Positions 1 to 12,772 of a DNA stretch of 64,000 nucleotides are shown here, piece by piece. The notes under the pieces are model-generated. The model saw only the letters and a list, made by a program, of their open reading frames with translations. It was not told the origin of the DNA and made no database searches. The translations under genes and the position numbers were made by a program. The first letter of the stretch is position 1, and each line of letters begins with the position of its first letter. The DNA comes from Selaginella moellendorffii (lineage: Eukaryota; Plantae; Lycopodiophyta), in the NCBI RefSeq assembly GCF_000143415.4, contig NW_003314326.1, positions 62,001-126,000 of the forward strand, in the 5' to 3' direction.

Positions 1-2761
1 TTCGCTAGTATCTTTGAGAGTGCGTACTCAATGTTATTTTGATCCCTTTGGGACTGGGGTAATGTACATACATGTTTAGTGATCTCGCCGGATGGTGCCG
101 GATTGCGCCGGATTGCAAAAAAAACACGAGCAACTTTGGTAGAGAGTCGTTCGCGACATCTACTAGCCCTCCGAGGGAAGCTCGGAGGTAGCTTTGTTAA
201 GATCCTTATTGACACGGGTGCTTCGGATAATTTTGTGGCTGCAGACATAGTCCGGCAAGCCGGACTAACGGTGCAGCGGCTAGGCGAACCAAGGACTATA
301 GAGTTTGTTCAAGGTAGCCAAAGCACCGATGAGGTACTTCGACAAGCGAGAGTCGAAGTGGGGACATGGAAAGTGAACATGGATTTCACCGTCTTGGACA
401 TGGCGGGATTTGACGTGATCTTCGGAATGGATTGGTTTAATCGGTTCGTGGTAGCCCTACATGGACAAGGTAGGAACCTTGTGGTATTGGCGAATGCCCA
501 AGGAAGAAGATCTAGGGTGGAGACCCAGGATCTAAAGGTAGGGCAAAGCAAGGCCAAAGAGTCATGCTTAAACCTGGTGTCCACGAGAGGACAACTCACT
601 AAAGGAACTAAGGCAGCCTTTTTGTGCTTACTCTCGGTGAAGAGTGACAAAAAGACAAGAACGGAAGAAGTACCTTTAGTGATCCAGCAGGTGCTGGACC
701 AATTCCAGGATACGATGCCGGAGGAGCTACCGGCGGGGTTGCCCCCCGCACGACCGATAGAACATAAGATTGAGCTGGTCGAGGGTGCTGAGGCGGTGGT
801 TCGTCCACCCTATCGATTGAACGAAAAAGAACTCAAGGAGCTCAAGAGCCAACTAGAGGAGTTGGTGGACAAAGGGTATGTTAGGTTGAGCAAGTCGCCG
901 TATGGGGCGCCGGTGCTATTTGTGAAAAAGAAAGATGGATCTATGCGCATGTGCATAGACTACCGGTTGCTCAACAAGTATACCAAGAAGAACAAGTACC
1001 CTTTGCCAAGGATCGAGGACCTGTTCGATAGGTTGGGAAAGGCAAAATACTTCTCGAGGATTGACCTAAGGTCAGGATACTACCAGATCAGGGTAGCTGA
1101 GGAAGATGTCGAGAAGACAACCTGTCGAACGAGGTATGGGAGCTTTGAGTTTTTGGTGATGCCCTTTGGGCTGTGCAATGCGCCGGCAACGTTTTCGGCG
1201 TTGATGAACCACATCTTTGTACCCTATCTGGATCGCTTCGTGGTCGTCTATATTGACGACATCCTGATCTATAGCGAGACACTAGAGGAGCATGCCGAAC
1301 ACTTGGCGAAGGTGTTTGAGAAACTAAGGGAACACAAACTGTATGCTAAAGAGAGCAAATGTGACTTTGCTCAACAAGAGGTAAAGTTTCTCGGGCATGT
1401 GGTGGGCCAGGACGGGCTCAAGGTGGACCCGGAGAAGGTCCAAGCGATCCAGGAATGGGAACGACCATCGAATGTACATGAGTTGAGGGCGTTCCTGGGG
1501 CTATGCAACTACTATCGAAAGTTTATCAGACACTATTCGAGAGTAGCCCTGCCCTTAACGGACCAAACAGGAAAAGGGAAGATGGTATGGACAGCGGAAT
1601 GCGAGGCGGCATTCGTCCACCTCAAAGGGAAGTTGAGGAAGGCTCCGGTGTTGGCATTACCAGACTTTGGTAAGGACTTTGAGGTAGACACGGATGTTTC
1701 GGACTTTGCGTTGGGCGCAGTTTTGAAGCAAGACAACCATCCAGTAGCGTTCTTCTCGAAGAAGCTGGACAAGGCTCAACGGAAGTGGCCTGCCCACGAG
1801 AAGGAATTGTTTGCGGTGGTCAAGGCGCTCAAGGAGTGGCGACACTACCTTGGGAGACACTTTAAGGTTTACACGGACAATGTGGCAACGAAACACTTCT
1901 TGTCACAGCCCGACCTAAGGGGAAAACAAGGTCGGTGGGCCAATGCTTTGGCCGAGTTTGATTGCGAGATCCTGTACAAGCCTGGGAAGAGCAACATCGT
2001 GGCAGATGCGCTCAGTCGAAAAGCGAGCTTGAAGTTGGCGATATCTAGCGCGACAGCAACCTTTTGGGACGATGTGCGGACCGCATACGAGAGTGATGGT
2101 CTAGCACAAGAAGTGTTGCTGAGGAATCTGGAGGCGCGGGAAGCTCACCAGAGAGGTGAGCTGCCAACGGAAGAGAAAACGGGCTATGCGGAACGCAACG
2201 GACTCATATATTACAAGCAAACGAGGGTGTATGTTCCAGAAGGGGAACTAAGGAAGGTAGCCTTGGAAGAGTGTCATGACGGACCTCTCGCGGGACACGG
2301 CGGAGTGCCCAAGACGATGGGCTTACTCAAAAGGAAGTATCACTAGCCAGATATGGCTAAGGACGTCCAAGACTATGTAAAGACATGTCCAACATGTCAG
2401 CAGGTCAAAGCCGTGACGAAGGCTAGTGGGGGCTTGTTGCAAAGCATCCCCATTCCAGATCGTCCGTGGAAATGTCTCACGATGGACTTCATCACGGGAC
2501 TACCCCCAAGCGAGGGGTTCGATGCGATATTCGTGGTGGTGGACCGATTTTCAAAGATGGCACATTTCATACCCACCACAACGGATGTTGATGCGGAAGG
2601 TGTGGCAAAGCTGTTCTTCGAACAAGTGGTTCGAGTGCGGGGAAGGCCGGAAGAGATTATCTCAGATCGAGATAAGATCTTCACCAGTAGGTTCTGGAGG
2701 ACACTCCTAGAACAGTATCGCACCAAGTTGAAATTCAGCACGGCCTATCACCCACAGACAG

Positions 2762-2808
2762 GTAATGGGTATTGAGTCAAGATTGATGGCACTAACACTT
2801 CTTGACAG
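2762..2808 (+). other. 47-nt spliceosomal intron in integrase core
   Basis: G|GTAATG...ACTAAC(branch)...TTGACAG|AC; splicing restores HPQT-D-GQTER. Confidence 0.88.
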
Positions 2809-3226
2809 ACGGACAAACGGAAAGGGTGAATAGGCAGCTGGAGGATTATTTGCGATGCTATGTCTCGGGAGACCAGACCGACTGGGTAAGTCATTTGGGA
2901 CTTGCGGAAATGTGTTATAACAACTCACCACATTCGAGCATCGGGGTGAGTCCATGGGAAGTCATCAATGGGCGAGCTATTGAAGGTCCTGTGGAACTCG
3001 GCGTGGCCGAGTATCATGGAGAGTTACCCGCAGTGGAGGCATTCACGGCGGAAAGACTCAACATTTGGAATCTAGTGAGGGATTCCTTGGAACGGGCTCA
3101 ACAAAGGCAAACTAAGTACGCGAACCTAAAGCGCCGGGATGTAGAGTTCCAAGCTGGGGAGAAGGTGTGGCTGAACACCAAGAACCTTAGGCTACCAAGT
3201 GGGATCAGCCGGAAGTTGACCCAAAG

Positions 3227-3278
3227 GTAAAAATGCATGTATTCCTGTAAATGAATTGATCTTGAGTTCCTTGAGCAG
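3227..3278 (+). other. 52-nt spliceosomal intron upstream of the GPY motif
   Basis: AG|GTAAAA...GAGCAG|G; splicing restores RKLTQ-R-FAGPY; the same intron is present in copy 2 (~46308-46359). Confidence 0.88.
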
Positions 3279-4067
3279 GTTCGCGGGGCCTTACGAGATT
3301 GAGGCTCGAATCGGTAACGTGGCTTACCGTCTCCGACTTCCTCGAGAGATGGGGAAGATGCATCCCGTGTTCCACGTGAACTTACTCAAGCCGTATTTTG
3401 AGGACCCGCTTCGCAAGGACCAAGTAAGACCTTTACCTGAGGTTATCCAAGGGGAGGAGGAATACAAAGTCGAGGCCATCCTCAATGCGCGCAAGAGCAA
3501 GCGACAAGGACGCGAGGTGAGAGAGTTCCATGTGAAGTGGAAAGGATTTCCACACTGCGAAGCAACATGGGAACCGGAGGAGAACCTAGCGAACGCGCGA
3601 GATCTAGTGGAGGAATTTCTGCATGGCAGAACTCTATGTACTTATGCAAAGTTCAATTAAAAGTATCAATTTGAGAAGTTGAGCAATGGCATATGTTGGG
3701 ACCCGAAGGCGTGCCGAAGGTAAGCTAATTAGCATGGGTTAGCTAGGTCGACCAGGCGTAGGGAGCTACGCCCGACTCCCTGCGGGGATGTCGAATCCGT
3801 AGACGTATTCTACGGAGGTTGGGTTTGAGTCCCAACCCCCTAGTAAAGCAAGGCTGGGTTCAAGTCCCGACCCCATACTAGGGCGTGGTGAGGGGTGGAG
3901 TATAGGGACACCTATATTCCGTTGTCATGAGCTCTTGGCCGGGGAGGCTAACTTAGGCACACCGCTAAGTGGGGGGATGCCCCCGGAGACATGGTCAACA
4001 AGTTGTAGGATAAAAAAAAAAGAGACGTTCGATGTGGGCATCGAACTTCTTCTATGGGTGGTGGAGT

Positions 4068-5215
4068 TGTAAGGAACCAACTCGCCGAGGTGTCGTAGGC
4101 TAAGGGAACCCCGAAAGCATGACCAAAATGACAAAGAGTTCATCGGATGGGACCAAGTCAAAGATCGAGTCCAAGACCGACTCTAGGACCGAGTTCGAGA
4201 TAGAGTCCGGAATCGAGTCCAAGACCGACTCGGGGACCGAGTTCGAGTCCGAGTTCGAGACCGAGTTCGAGACGGAGTCCGAGATCCGAAATCGGGTCCG
4301 AGACCGAGTCCGAAGTCGAGTCCGAGGTCGGGCCCGAGATCGGGTCCGAGATCGAGTCCGCGATCGAGTCCGAGACCGAATCCGAAGTCGGATCCGAAAT
4401 CAGATCCGAGATCGAGCCAGAGACTAAGTCCAAATACTAATACGGGTCAAGGGGTGAAAGCCCAAAGCGTGCGTCCCCCAGGGGGGGGGGGCTGCAGGGG
4501 GTTCCAAAAGTATAGTAGGGATAGTGAGGTCCAGGAACCAGTTTAGAAGGGACTCTCCAGTGGGGCTCCCAAACTGACTTGAGGTTGGGATTGGGACCGA
4601 GGGGCCTTGGGTGGGAGTGAGCATGGACTTGGTTGGTGCCGGAGGGGCCATCCAAGGAAGTGCTCAAGAGCAGCTCCCACTCCCGAAAGGGAAACCGATT
4701 GCGGTGCTCCCGGCTCATGTGGAGTGGTGCCCCACTTGAGTACCATGCGGCTCATTGGTCCTCGCCCTTCCTAGGGGCTTGGGCCTTCCTTCGGGATGGA
4801 AGTGGGGGGCGAGAGGTACCCATGCCGGGCCGTTAGGCCACGGTGTTTCGCCCCGGCGTCCCGAAGCAAGTGTTGCACTCAAGACTTGGGATTTAGAGGG
4901 TCCCATGATCAAGTCTTGTGGTACCAAGGGATGTTAGGAACCTGGAAGCTTGGTGTGCTTGGCTGCTTGTGCTTGCGGGGAGTGTAGCCGAACCTTAAGT
5001 CCAGTCTAACCCGGGGAGGGGGATTGGGAGTGATTTGGGAATCCGTGGAAGGATGGCTAACGCTCCATTGCTCGTGCAGTGAGTAGCTGAAACCAAGTAG
5101 GAGCTGGTACCATAGGCGAGAACCTTGGCAAGGGAACTTAGCAAGAGCCAAGGCAGTGTTGGACGGATAGACGAGGTAAGCTGGCAAATTGGAAAGGAAA
5201 AATTTGTGGCTTACA
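4068..5215 (+). repeat. 3' LTR, family A (~1148 bp)
   Basis: TGTAAG...CTTACA termini, preceded by a PPT-like tract; contains a GAGTCC/GAGATC hexamer array; homologous copies at 46376, 48296 and 63079. Confidence 0.92.
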
Positions 5216-8200
5216 GTCCGTTGGAAATGAGGATACGACCGGCTCGGCGGCTGGGGCGGCCTCATGCGGGTCCAATGGCGCCTGGTCACCGTCAGTTGGA
5301 TATGTGGACAAGATTGACTCAGTGGTATGGGCAGCATCAAGTGGAGCGTGGTCAGCTTGCTTGGCATTGATATGGATAGTAGCCTCCACCAGCTCTGATG
5401 ACTCTTGCAGGCAAGTAGAGTCCACTGGCGGATCCATATGCATGTCCAAATATCTCCCTTCGATTGAGATGGTATCCTCCCTACTGGCTACTAAAAACAA
5501 ACTCATTAGCACATTGAATCGACTATACTGTATTTACCATCAACTGCTATTGAGGAACTAGGACCGATATCACTTGGGCGCACTGCTGATTCTGAAGGAT
5601 TGGACATACGTTTCGACCCTTGTTTGGCACTATCCTTCCTCGACACTAAAGGCTAGAGTTTGTATCTTAATTCAACTGAATAATCTCTACTTACCATTTG
5701 CTTTGCAACCTACATGGACAATGTTAGAAATGGTAAAAGGTTAGGAATGGATGTACTATTATTTACCTGATGGTTTGTCTTGTATGATCTTCCTCCACTG
5801 CTCTTTGGCCACCTCAGGCTGGCCATCGTCGTCATCATCGTCGTTGTCGTTATTGTGATCGTCACCATTGTGAGGACCATCCAAGTCCTCTTCGTCCTCC
5901 TCTTCTTCGTCCTCCTCTTCTTTGTCCTCCTCTTCGTCCTTCTGCTCTTCCTGCTCATTATCTTTCTCTGGCTCCTCATCCCCCTCCTGCATTTCTTCCA
6001 TACGCTGCTTAGGCTGGATGGCTTGTTCTTCCAGGACCATCTTGGGAAAATCATCTGGCCAAGTCTCCATCTCAAAATACAAGACATCCATAGCCTGTTT
6101 TAGTGCGTGACCTAGGACCGTATCCTCACCCGACTGTCTTAACATGGTTTCTGCACGTTCTTGCACCCTTCGAAAACGACGAGATGAGAAAAACGTGGCC
6201 CTGACTTGAAAAACATCCCTCATCCATTGTACCTCTCCATTGAGATTGGGGAAGGGGAGTCCGCCATAGGAATCTGAGTCAGGAGGTGGTGACTGGCTGC
6301 TTTCACTCAGCCCTTGATCTGCAATGAATGGCATGAGCACACACGCCATAACCGCGAGGCATTACCTATCATCTTTTCGTTGCCCTTCTTCCTTTTCGAA
6401 TCAAACGCCTTTGATCCCGACGACTGTCCAACGTGCTTTCGCTTTTTATGACCACTATCAGTTTGAGCTTGGCTGGTGCTTGCCTATTTTGCCTTTGAAG
6501 AAGTGTCTCCTGCAAGGAATGGCATGAGACCACACGCCATTGCAAATATAATTTGTACCTCCTTTTTTCCTATTGCTTGTCTGTTTGTCCTTCTTCGACG
6601 CGCCACCAGTGCGCTTTTCAGTCCTCGTGTCTGAATATTCACAACGATCTATAATCAAAATGGCGTGAGGCCTCACGTGACCTTACCTTGTGCAGGTTGT
6701 GAGCTCGGCCGAACATGGGTATCTTCAATAGTAGCTATTAACGCCGTTTCAGCATCTAGGGGTGGCCACGCTCCTGCATACAGAGCTTGTGAGATAACAT
6801 TTAAACTTAAAGTGCGTACTCACCAGGTTCGCAGAAAAGATACTGTTTTTCTTTGGCAACTGTAATTATATGCTCCATTGAAGTCACCTCTTCAATGGAG
6901 TTTGTCACCGCAACACACGGGACGCCCTTGAGTAGTGCGGCTCAAAAGAATAGTCCACCGCAATTGTACTCGACAACGCATTTGCCCTTGGAGTCGAAAG
7001 CAGGTGACCCACCCGCTATTGCGTTGAAGACCCAGCTGAGCATTTCCCATGCTGCACCTGGAGCTTTCTCTGGATTCGAAAGCTCCATAGCCGTCTTCAG
7101 TTCCTCAGGCACGGGTAAATTGACCTCCCTCAGATCAATTCGATCGGCCTTGTTGAACGAAGTTGGGAAGTCACTCCAGTCCCACTCTGCTGCAGGACCA
7201 ATAACAAGGGCGAGTGTGAAGATGCGGACATTCGTCGGTATCTTCTTCTTAGCCATTATCCCATGGATCTCCCGCATCTCCTTGCCTTTCAACCGAGCCT
7301 TCACCTCGTTCAAGGCCTTCTAGAACTTGTGATAGGATTCGGAGTCGTAGATCATATAGTGGACTGAAGATTCCACCTCCGCAAATCCCACCATTAAGTC
7401 AATGATGGAGCTAACTTCGTTTGCATGAGTGATCTCGTTTGTGAAGTCCATCACACAAAAGATGTTCTTGACCTGCTCATCTCCGCGGGAAACGATGCTC
7501 CTCCATCCTCATCCGAATTCACATATACCCGGTAAGGTTCTCGATAGGCCTCTGCTGCGGGGTCGAGCTGTTTCTAAAGCCGGCAGTCGACATCCCTCTT
7601 AATGAAATTTGGATACTGATCCAACTTCTCAGCTTTACTTTTTGTGGCATCCCGCAGCAGATCGATGAACTTGGGGGCCCCATTCACGTACTCGTCGATG
7701 TCTTCATTTGACAACTCCAGCTCTTCCATCATCTCTTGCGTGGTGTCGATGCTCACCCTCTCCACGGCCACTTGCTCGAAGATCCAATCCTTCAATAGCG
7801 CACGAGCTCTCAGAGTCGTGCACAAGTCCTCGTATGTCACAATATGGCCGGGAGTCATTTTGGTCTTGTTGAAGACTACCTCACCACGTAGAAGAGCATT
7901 AGCCACTGTCAGAAGGTCCTCGTCGTCTAGAGACCACGAGAAACGCAAGGCGTTGAGCTTCAAATCATTGGGCTTCCGGCCGTCCTCCACACCCATTGAG
8001 TTTAGCAACTCCCCGTCATGGTACCTCCTAAGCACATCTACCCATTTGTCAAAAGCAACTTTTGTCGCGAGTAGAATGTTATGGATGCTGAGTGTGTCAT
8101 TGACCCCTAGTGTTTTCGAGAGAAGACTCGAGAATTCCTGCAATGGAAATGGCGTGAGGCCACATGCTATGCCACATGCAACGAGGCTTACCTGCCAGGC

Positions 8201-8423
8201 GCTAGTTGCTAGTGCACGTCCTTGTCCTGGTTTTTGTGGCTTCTTTAGTTGAACCCAGAGCTTCCGTGTTCGTGCCAATGTCTCGTGCAGACCCGATTTG
8301 TAGCACGTTTCTTGCTTGACATTCTGCGCGTGGGAGATGTATATGATAGATTGGAGGGGCGAGTTGCCTTTTATCAGGCGGACAACTCATGCCATTTTCT
8401 ACTTGGCCTAAAAGACTTACCAT
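5216..8423 (-). pseudogene. cargo gene copy 1 (ParB segment deleted, 3' part cut by chromovirus)
   Basis: Same exons as 39843-44240, but the equivalent of ~39881-41067 is missing (junction ~8387). Confidence 0.75.
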
Positions 8424-9645
8424 TTAAAGCCGAATGGAGGCGTGGCAATCGAGGCCGGACTCGCTGGCGAATGTGCACTGTGTGTGCAGCGGATCGTAGC
8501 AGCAAGGCTACTCTACCACTTATAGTTGGAGAGTGGCGCTAAAATCTCCCAGGACGCCAAGTGGGCTGCGTGTGGGTGGCGGAGTGGGCGGCGGAGTTGG
8601 CGGCGAAGTTACAAACTGGGTGTGTCTTGAAGTGGACGCCGATGCACATGAGCGCGATGCGAGCGCGAGTGTGATGCAAGCGCGAGTGGACGCCGATGCA
8701 CACGAGAAACCTGTAGAGAAGGTAGATGAGCGCGAATGTGAGCGTGATCGCGAGTGGGAGCGCGATGCGAGCGCGAGTGTGCGAGCACGAGTACGAAGCA
8801 AAATGCAAAACCTAACCTCACACCCGCGAAATGTCACGACGGTTGGTAATCCCGCCACGTCATCATTCCTCGGACTTGGGCGCCACCATTAATTTCTGGA
8901 TCGCCGCGCGCATGCATGCACGTGAAATCCAAAAGAAATCCGCAACGTCATCATTCATCGGACTGCATGCACGCGAAATCCAAAAGAAAGATCATGATTG
9001 GGATATCATTTAATACCCTCGCTATATTTATACCATGCATGATTGGATATTCCAAAGCATCTTGTATTTCCAAAAATGCCAGATGTTCAGCTAAATAAAG
9101 AATGGTATACAAAAAATCCCAAAAAATGCACCAAAAAATCCTCGGCGTCATCTGGTGTTATCTCTTCAATGGCGTGGGGCCGCATGCCATTTTCAGGGGC
9201 ACATAGGAGTATATTCCTAGAATATTTTGACACGCGCGAGATTTTTTTGAGTTTTTTGGAGATCCAACCATTACAGAATGGTATACAATGTCTTTCTTGA
9301 TGACCCTGCAAAGAAGCACCTTGATCGGACACCACATGAGACCACACGAGCCTTACAATGTTTCAGGGGCATTTGCCATAGATCCGACTGTTATTTTGCT
9401 CCAAGATTCTACAGTTTGGTGTGCATTGACCTTTCCATCAACACTGCAAAGGGACATCACAATCAGATGCGGGATCACAAGAAACCAACTTCACTAACTC
9501 TGGTTTCACCAAGATCTACATAAGGAATTATGAAATGAAAGGACCCTCTCTATTGAAATGTGTTTATGGTCCTAGGGGCATTGTGACATATCAAAGGATT
9601 TTGAATCAAGTTCTGTATTTGTATGTTTATCAAGCTACCGAATTG

Positions 9646-9672
9646 CTAAACCCTAAACCCTAAACCCTAAAC
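9646..9672. repeat. plant telomere-type repeat (CCCTAAA) x~3.5 inside the transposon
   Basis: ctaaaccctaaaccctaaaccctaaac; mirrored at 38594-38620. Confidence 0.9.
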
Positions 9673-10966
9673 ATGTGGCAAATGCTGTGTGAAGAAAGAT
9701 GCCCTTTCTGGGCAAATGTTGTAAGAGGCAGATGCCGAGCAGATGTATCTTAGGCTAGCGAAGGGGACAAACGAAAGCTAGCTATAAACATGACGGGATG
9801 CAAATAGATTACTAGGCTGGTCCTGCGAAAATCAAAAACCATAATTGAAAACATTGAAAATGCAAAAAGAAAGGTTTATAATATTTTTGAATTTTAAGCA
9901 ACCAAAGGAATGTAAGTAGGGCATGTGTTTGTAAGTTTAAAAATGCCTCAACCACTTAAATTCCCAAGTAAATAAAGCTGTTTCCATTTTTGGTACAGGT
10001 AAACTTTATAGCGTGTGGGCTCATGCAATTTTGAACCCAAAAATGCACCAAAAAATGCTCGACTAGCATTATTCTTTGAATGGCATATGGCCTTATATTG
10101 CCATAAATGGACGTACACACACAGCATAATTATTCCTTTACACGGCGAATAATCTTGGCGCGGATCGCTGACATGGCATGGCAAAGTTCGAATCACTGAC
10201 ATGGCACAGCTGGATCGAGGCAAGGACATGATGTGACAAAGTTCAACCTCCGACAGCAAAGTCTAGAAGCTACTCAGTTTGAAATTTGTCAGAGGAATCA
10301 TAAGATCTGGTTTGTCAGAGGATTTGATGTGACGTTCAAGCGTGTGTTATTTTTGAATTCTCGAACTCATTCCTAGGTCTATCATTTTTGTGCGCCGTGT
10401 TCTTGGTTCCACTAAGCGCAGTGAGCGCTGCTTGTGTAAGCGGCGTTGTGAGCTGTGGTTTATGCGTCTACGAGCAGTTGCGGCATTGCGAGCGCCATTG
10501 CGAGCGGCAGTTTATGCGAGTGGCAGTTTGTGCGAGCGGTGCTACGAGCAGTTGCGGTGTTGCGAGCGGCGCTACGAGTAGTTGCGGTGTTGCGAGCGGC
10601 ACTGTCTTTAGTGTGGCTACCGCTTCTTCTTGATATTCAGCACTTGTGCTTCCTGGTATGTTCACCATGGAATGGCTTAGGACCACATTTAGAAATGGCA
10701 TGAGGCCACATGCCATCTTGGGCCCTTGCAATTTCATGGCTAGCGTATTGTCATGTATGTTTTTACTTGCCTGCAGCTGTGTGTATATCAAGATGGCATG
10801 AGGCCTCATGCCAATTTTGTGAATGCGAAATTTCACGTGGGTGTCAATAGCATGTTTGAATAATGGCATGTGGCCTCATGCTATTGAGGTTGTTTGGTAT
10901 GTTATGATTTAGGCCATTCTCCAATCATTTTTTGTATGTTCTTAACTTCTTTTCTGCACTTTCAGA

Positions 10967-12772
10967 ATGGCCTTCAGGGTTGGGGAAAAGGTTTACATTT
11001 TGAATGGTGGGAAGAGAGTTGCAAAAGGGACCCTTGTGTTTATGGATCGGAACTTTGTTATACACTGTCAAAGGCTTGGGGAAGGCAATGCTGCTGTATC
11101 AGTAGAGACTGTCTTCGATGGGAATGTGGTCGCTATTGAACGAGGAGAGATGGACGTCGGGGTAAATGTTGTTGTTGCCTTGAAAAATTTTCAGAAGAAA
11201 GCAGATGTTGGGGACAGCGCAAGTGCGACGCATGTTCCCTCCGTGGATCTTAAGAACCGTGTTACATGGATTCAAGCAAAGGTGTTTCTAAACAACCCCG
11301 AGGGGGAGGTGGTAGCTGAGGGCTTAGCCACAGTTGTTGATCCAAGAGATGCGGTTGCTAATCAAGAATTGGGCTGGGATGATATTGGAGTTGCGATTTT
11401 AGAGGTTGTTGACACAGAAGAAAACAGTTTAACTATTGGAAGCATTGTGCGATGGAAATTGAGGCACTTAGTGTTTGAGAATGTGAAGGATTCACAATCA
11501 AACACCACTACAACTGATGACAGAACATCTCTTCATGGGAAAAAAAAGTACACTTCAGAAGGTACACTTCAGATTGTAGGGTTATCACGTGAGGCCTCAT
11601 GCCATTCCGACGAGGCTGGTCGCCCGGTGAATGCACAGCCTCATCCAAACAAAGCAGAATCTCAAGGAAGTTCTTGCGGCTGATGTGGCCTTCCACCCCA
11701 TCTTCTGCTCCAAATAGACAATGCTGGCAGTGAGAACAAAAACATGTACGTCTTCGCGTACTTGGCGATGCTTGTTGCCAAAGGCATATTTGAAACGGTT
11801 ACACTTGGCTTTCTCATAGTTGGGCACACTCATGAAGATGTCGATGCCATGTTCAGTCACCTGGCAGAGTCCCTCTGGCGATCCAATGTCCTTACCCTCC
11901 CACAACTCTATGATGAATTCCAAAATTGCATCAAAGGCACTGTTGAAGCTGCACTTGTGACAGAGGTTCCAGACTTTAAGGGGTTTGTAAGAGGCTACAT
12001 CAGGGACGGATCCAAAACGCTGATTGGCCACTCCAAGCCTCTTCAGTTTCATTTCAGCATGCGTGACGGTGCTCCAATGATGAGGTACAAGATGAGAGAA
12101 TGGGACACAGTGTGGCTGCTAGTGGACGGCATTGAACTCTTCAAGAGAGATCCCATAACTGGGGAACCTATGATTCCTCAGGGTTCCCCACGGCCGATGC
12201 ACCCGAATGGACTCAAAGACCAGGAAAGTATAGTGGCCGGGATTAGACAGCATATTGCCTTCTGGAAGAGGGGGTTGGTGTTTGGTGGAGAATCCTATTT
12301 TCAGAGGTGCAAGCCTTTGCTCGAATATTGGGAGAAGATTATATCTGCTATCCAAAATGGGCCGGTTGTATATGAAGAATTGGAAGAGTCCTTTTGGCCA
12401 GAACCCAGAGCACCAGATAGTAGTGGAACAATGTCCTCTGGAAATGCAGTGACAGATAACAATGTTGAGGATCACTATTGTGGGCCGAGGAACAAGAAGC
12501 CGGATTCAGCATTCAATCCAGTACAGGTCTCCAAAGGAATGGTCGTGCTTGTCAGGCCCAAAAATAAAAAACAAATGATATGGGTGGGGCGCTGCATCAC
12601 TGATGCAGAGGAGGACGCGGAAACTAACTCCTTCAATGTAACTGTGGAGTGGTTCAAGCCAAGTTCCGGATATACGAAGGATTGCCTAAAAAAGAGATGG
12701 ATGCTGAATCCAAGGGATCCCAGCATGAGCATATCGGTGGATAATGTTGTGCATGGTTGGATGCGGAAGTAG
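10967..12772 (+). pseudogene. Sola-like transposase copy 1 (central region with the first catalytic motif deleted; internal stop)
   Basis: N-terminal VAKG..LG domains joined at CTTCAGA to LQIVG; retains QIDNAGSENKN and GHTHEDVD; lacks HDKMDQ. Confidence 0.75.

Larger units (their letters stand above)
79..3660 (+). pseudogene. pol: chromovirus pol (protease, RT, RNase H, integrase, chromodomain) with two introns and one nonsense codon
   Basis: Motifs [25 protein letters not shown]...ISDRD...GQTE, GPY and chromodomain VKWKG..ATWEPEENL. Single in-frame stop at 2344-2346 (YH*PDM, probably TGG->TAG). The other frame breaks are removed exactly by two GT-AG introns. Confidence 0.93.
1..5215 (+). 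mobile_element. Ty3/gypsy chromovirus LTR retrotransposon, family A copy 1 (5' part outside window)
   Basis: PR-RT-RH-INT-chromodomain order, purine-rich tract (ctatgggtggtggag) then TGTAAG...CTTACA 3' LTR. The element is inserted into the cargo gene of DNA transposon copy 1: sequence from 5216 matches the reverse complement of ~44240 leftwards. Confidence 0.95.

Noticed and set aside
3637-3680. Third intron after the chromodomain, and an intron upstream of the protease (~59-142)
   Set aside because: GT and AG are present but no conserved motif is restored, so neither can be supported
3816-3875. tRNA gene
   Set aside because: Only T-arm-like hairpins; I could not build an acceptor stem or a full cloverleaf
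4119-4433. ORFs rich in RDRV/SDS (also 29371-29970, 47054-47457, 52475-53583)
   Set aside because: Translations of hexamer tandem arrays inside LTRs; open in several frames; no evidence of coding
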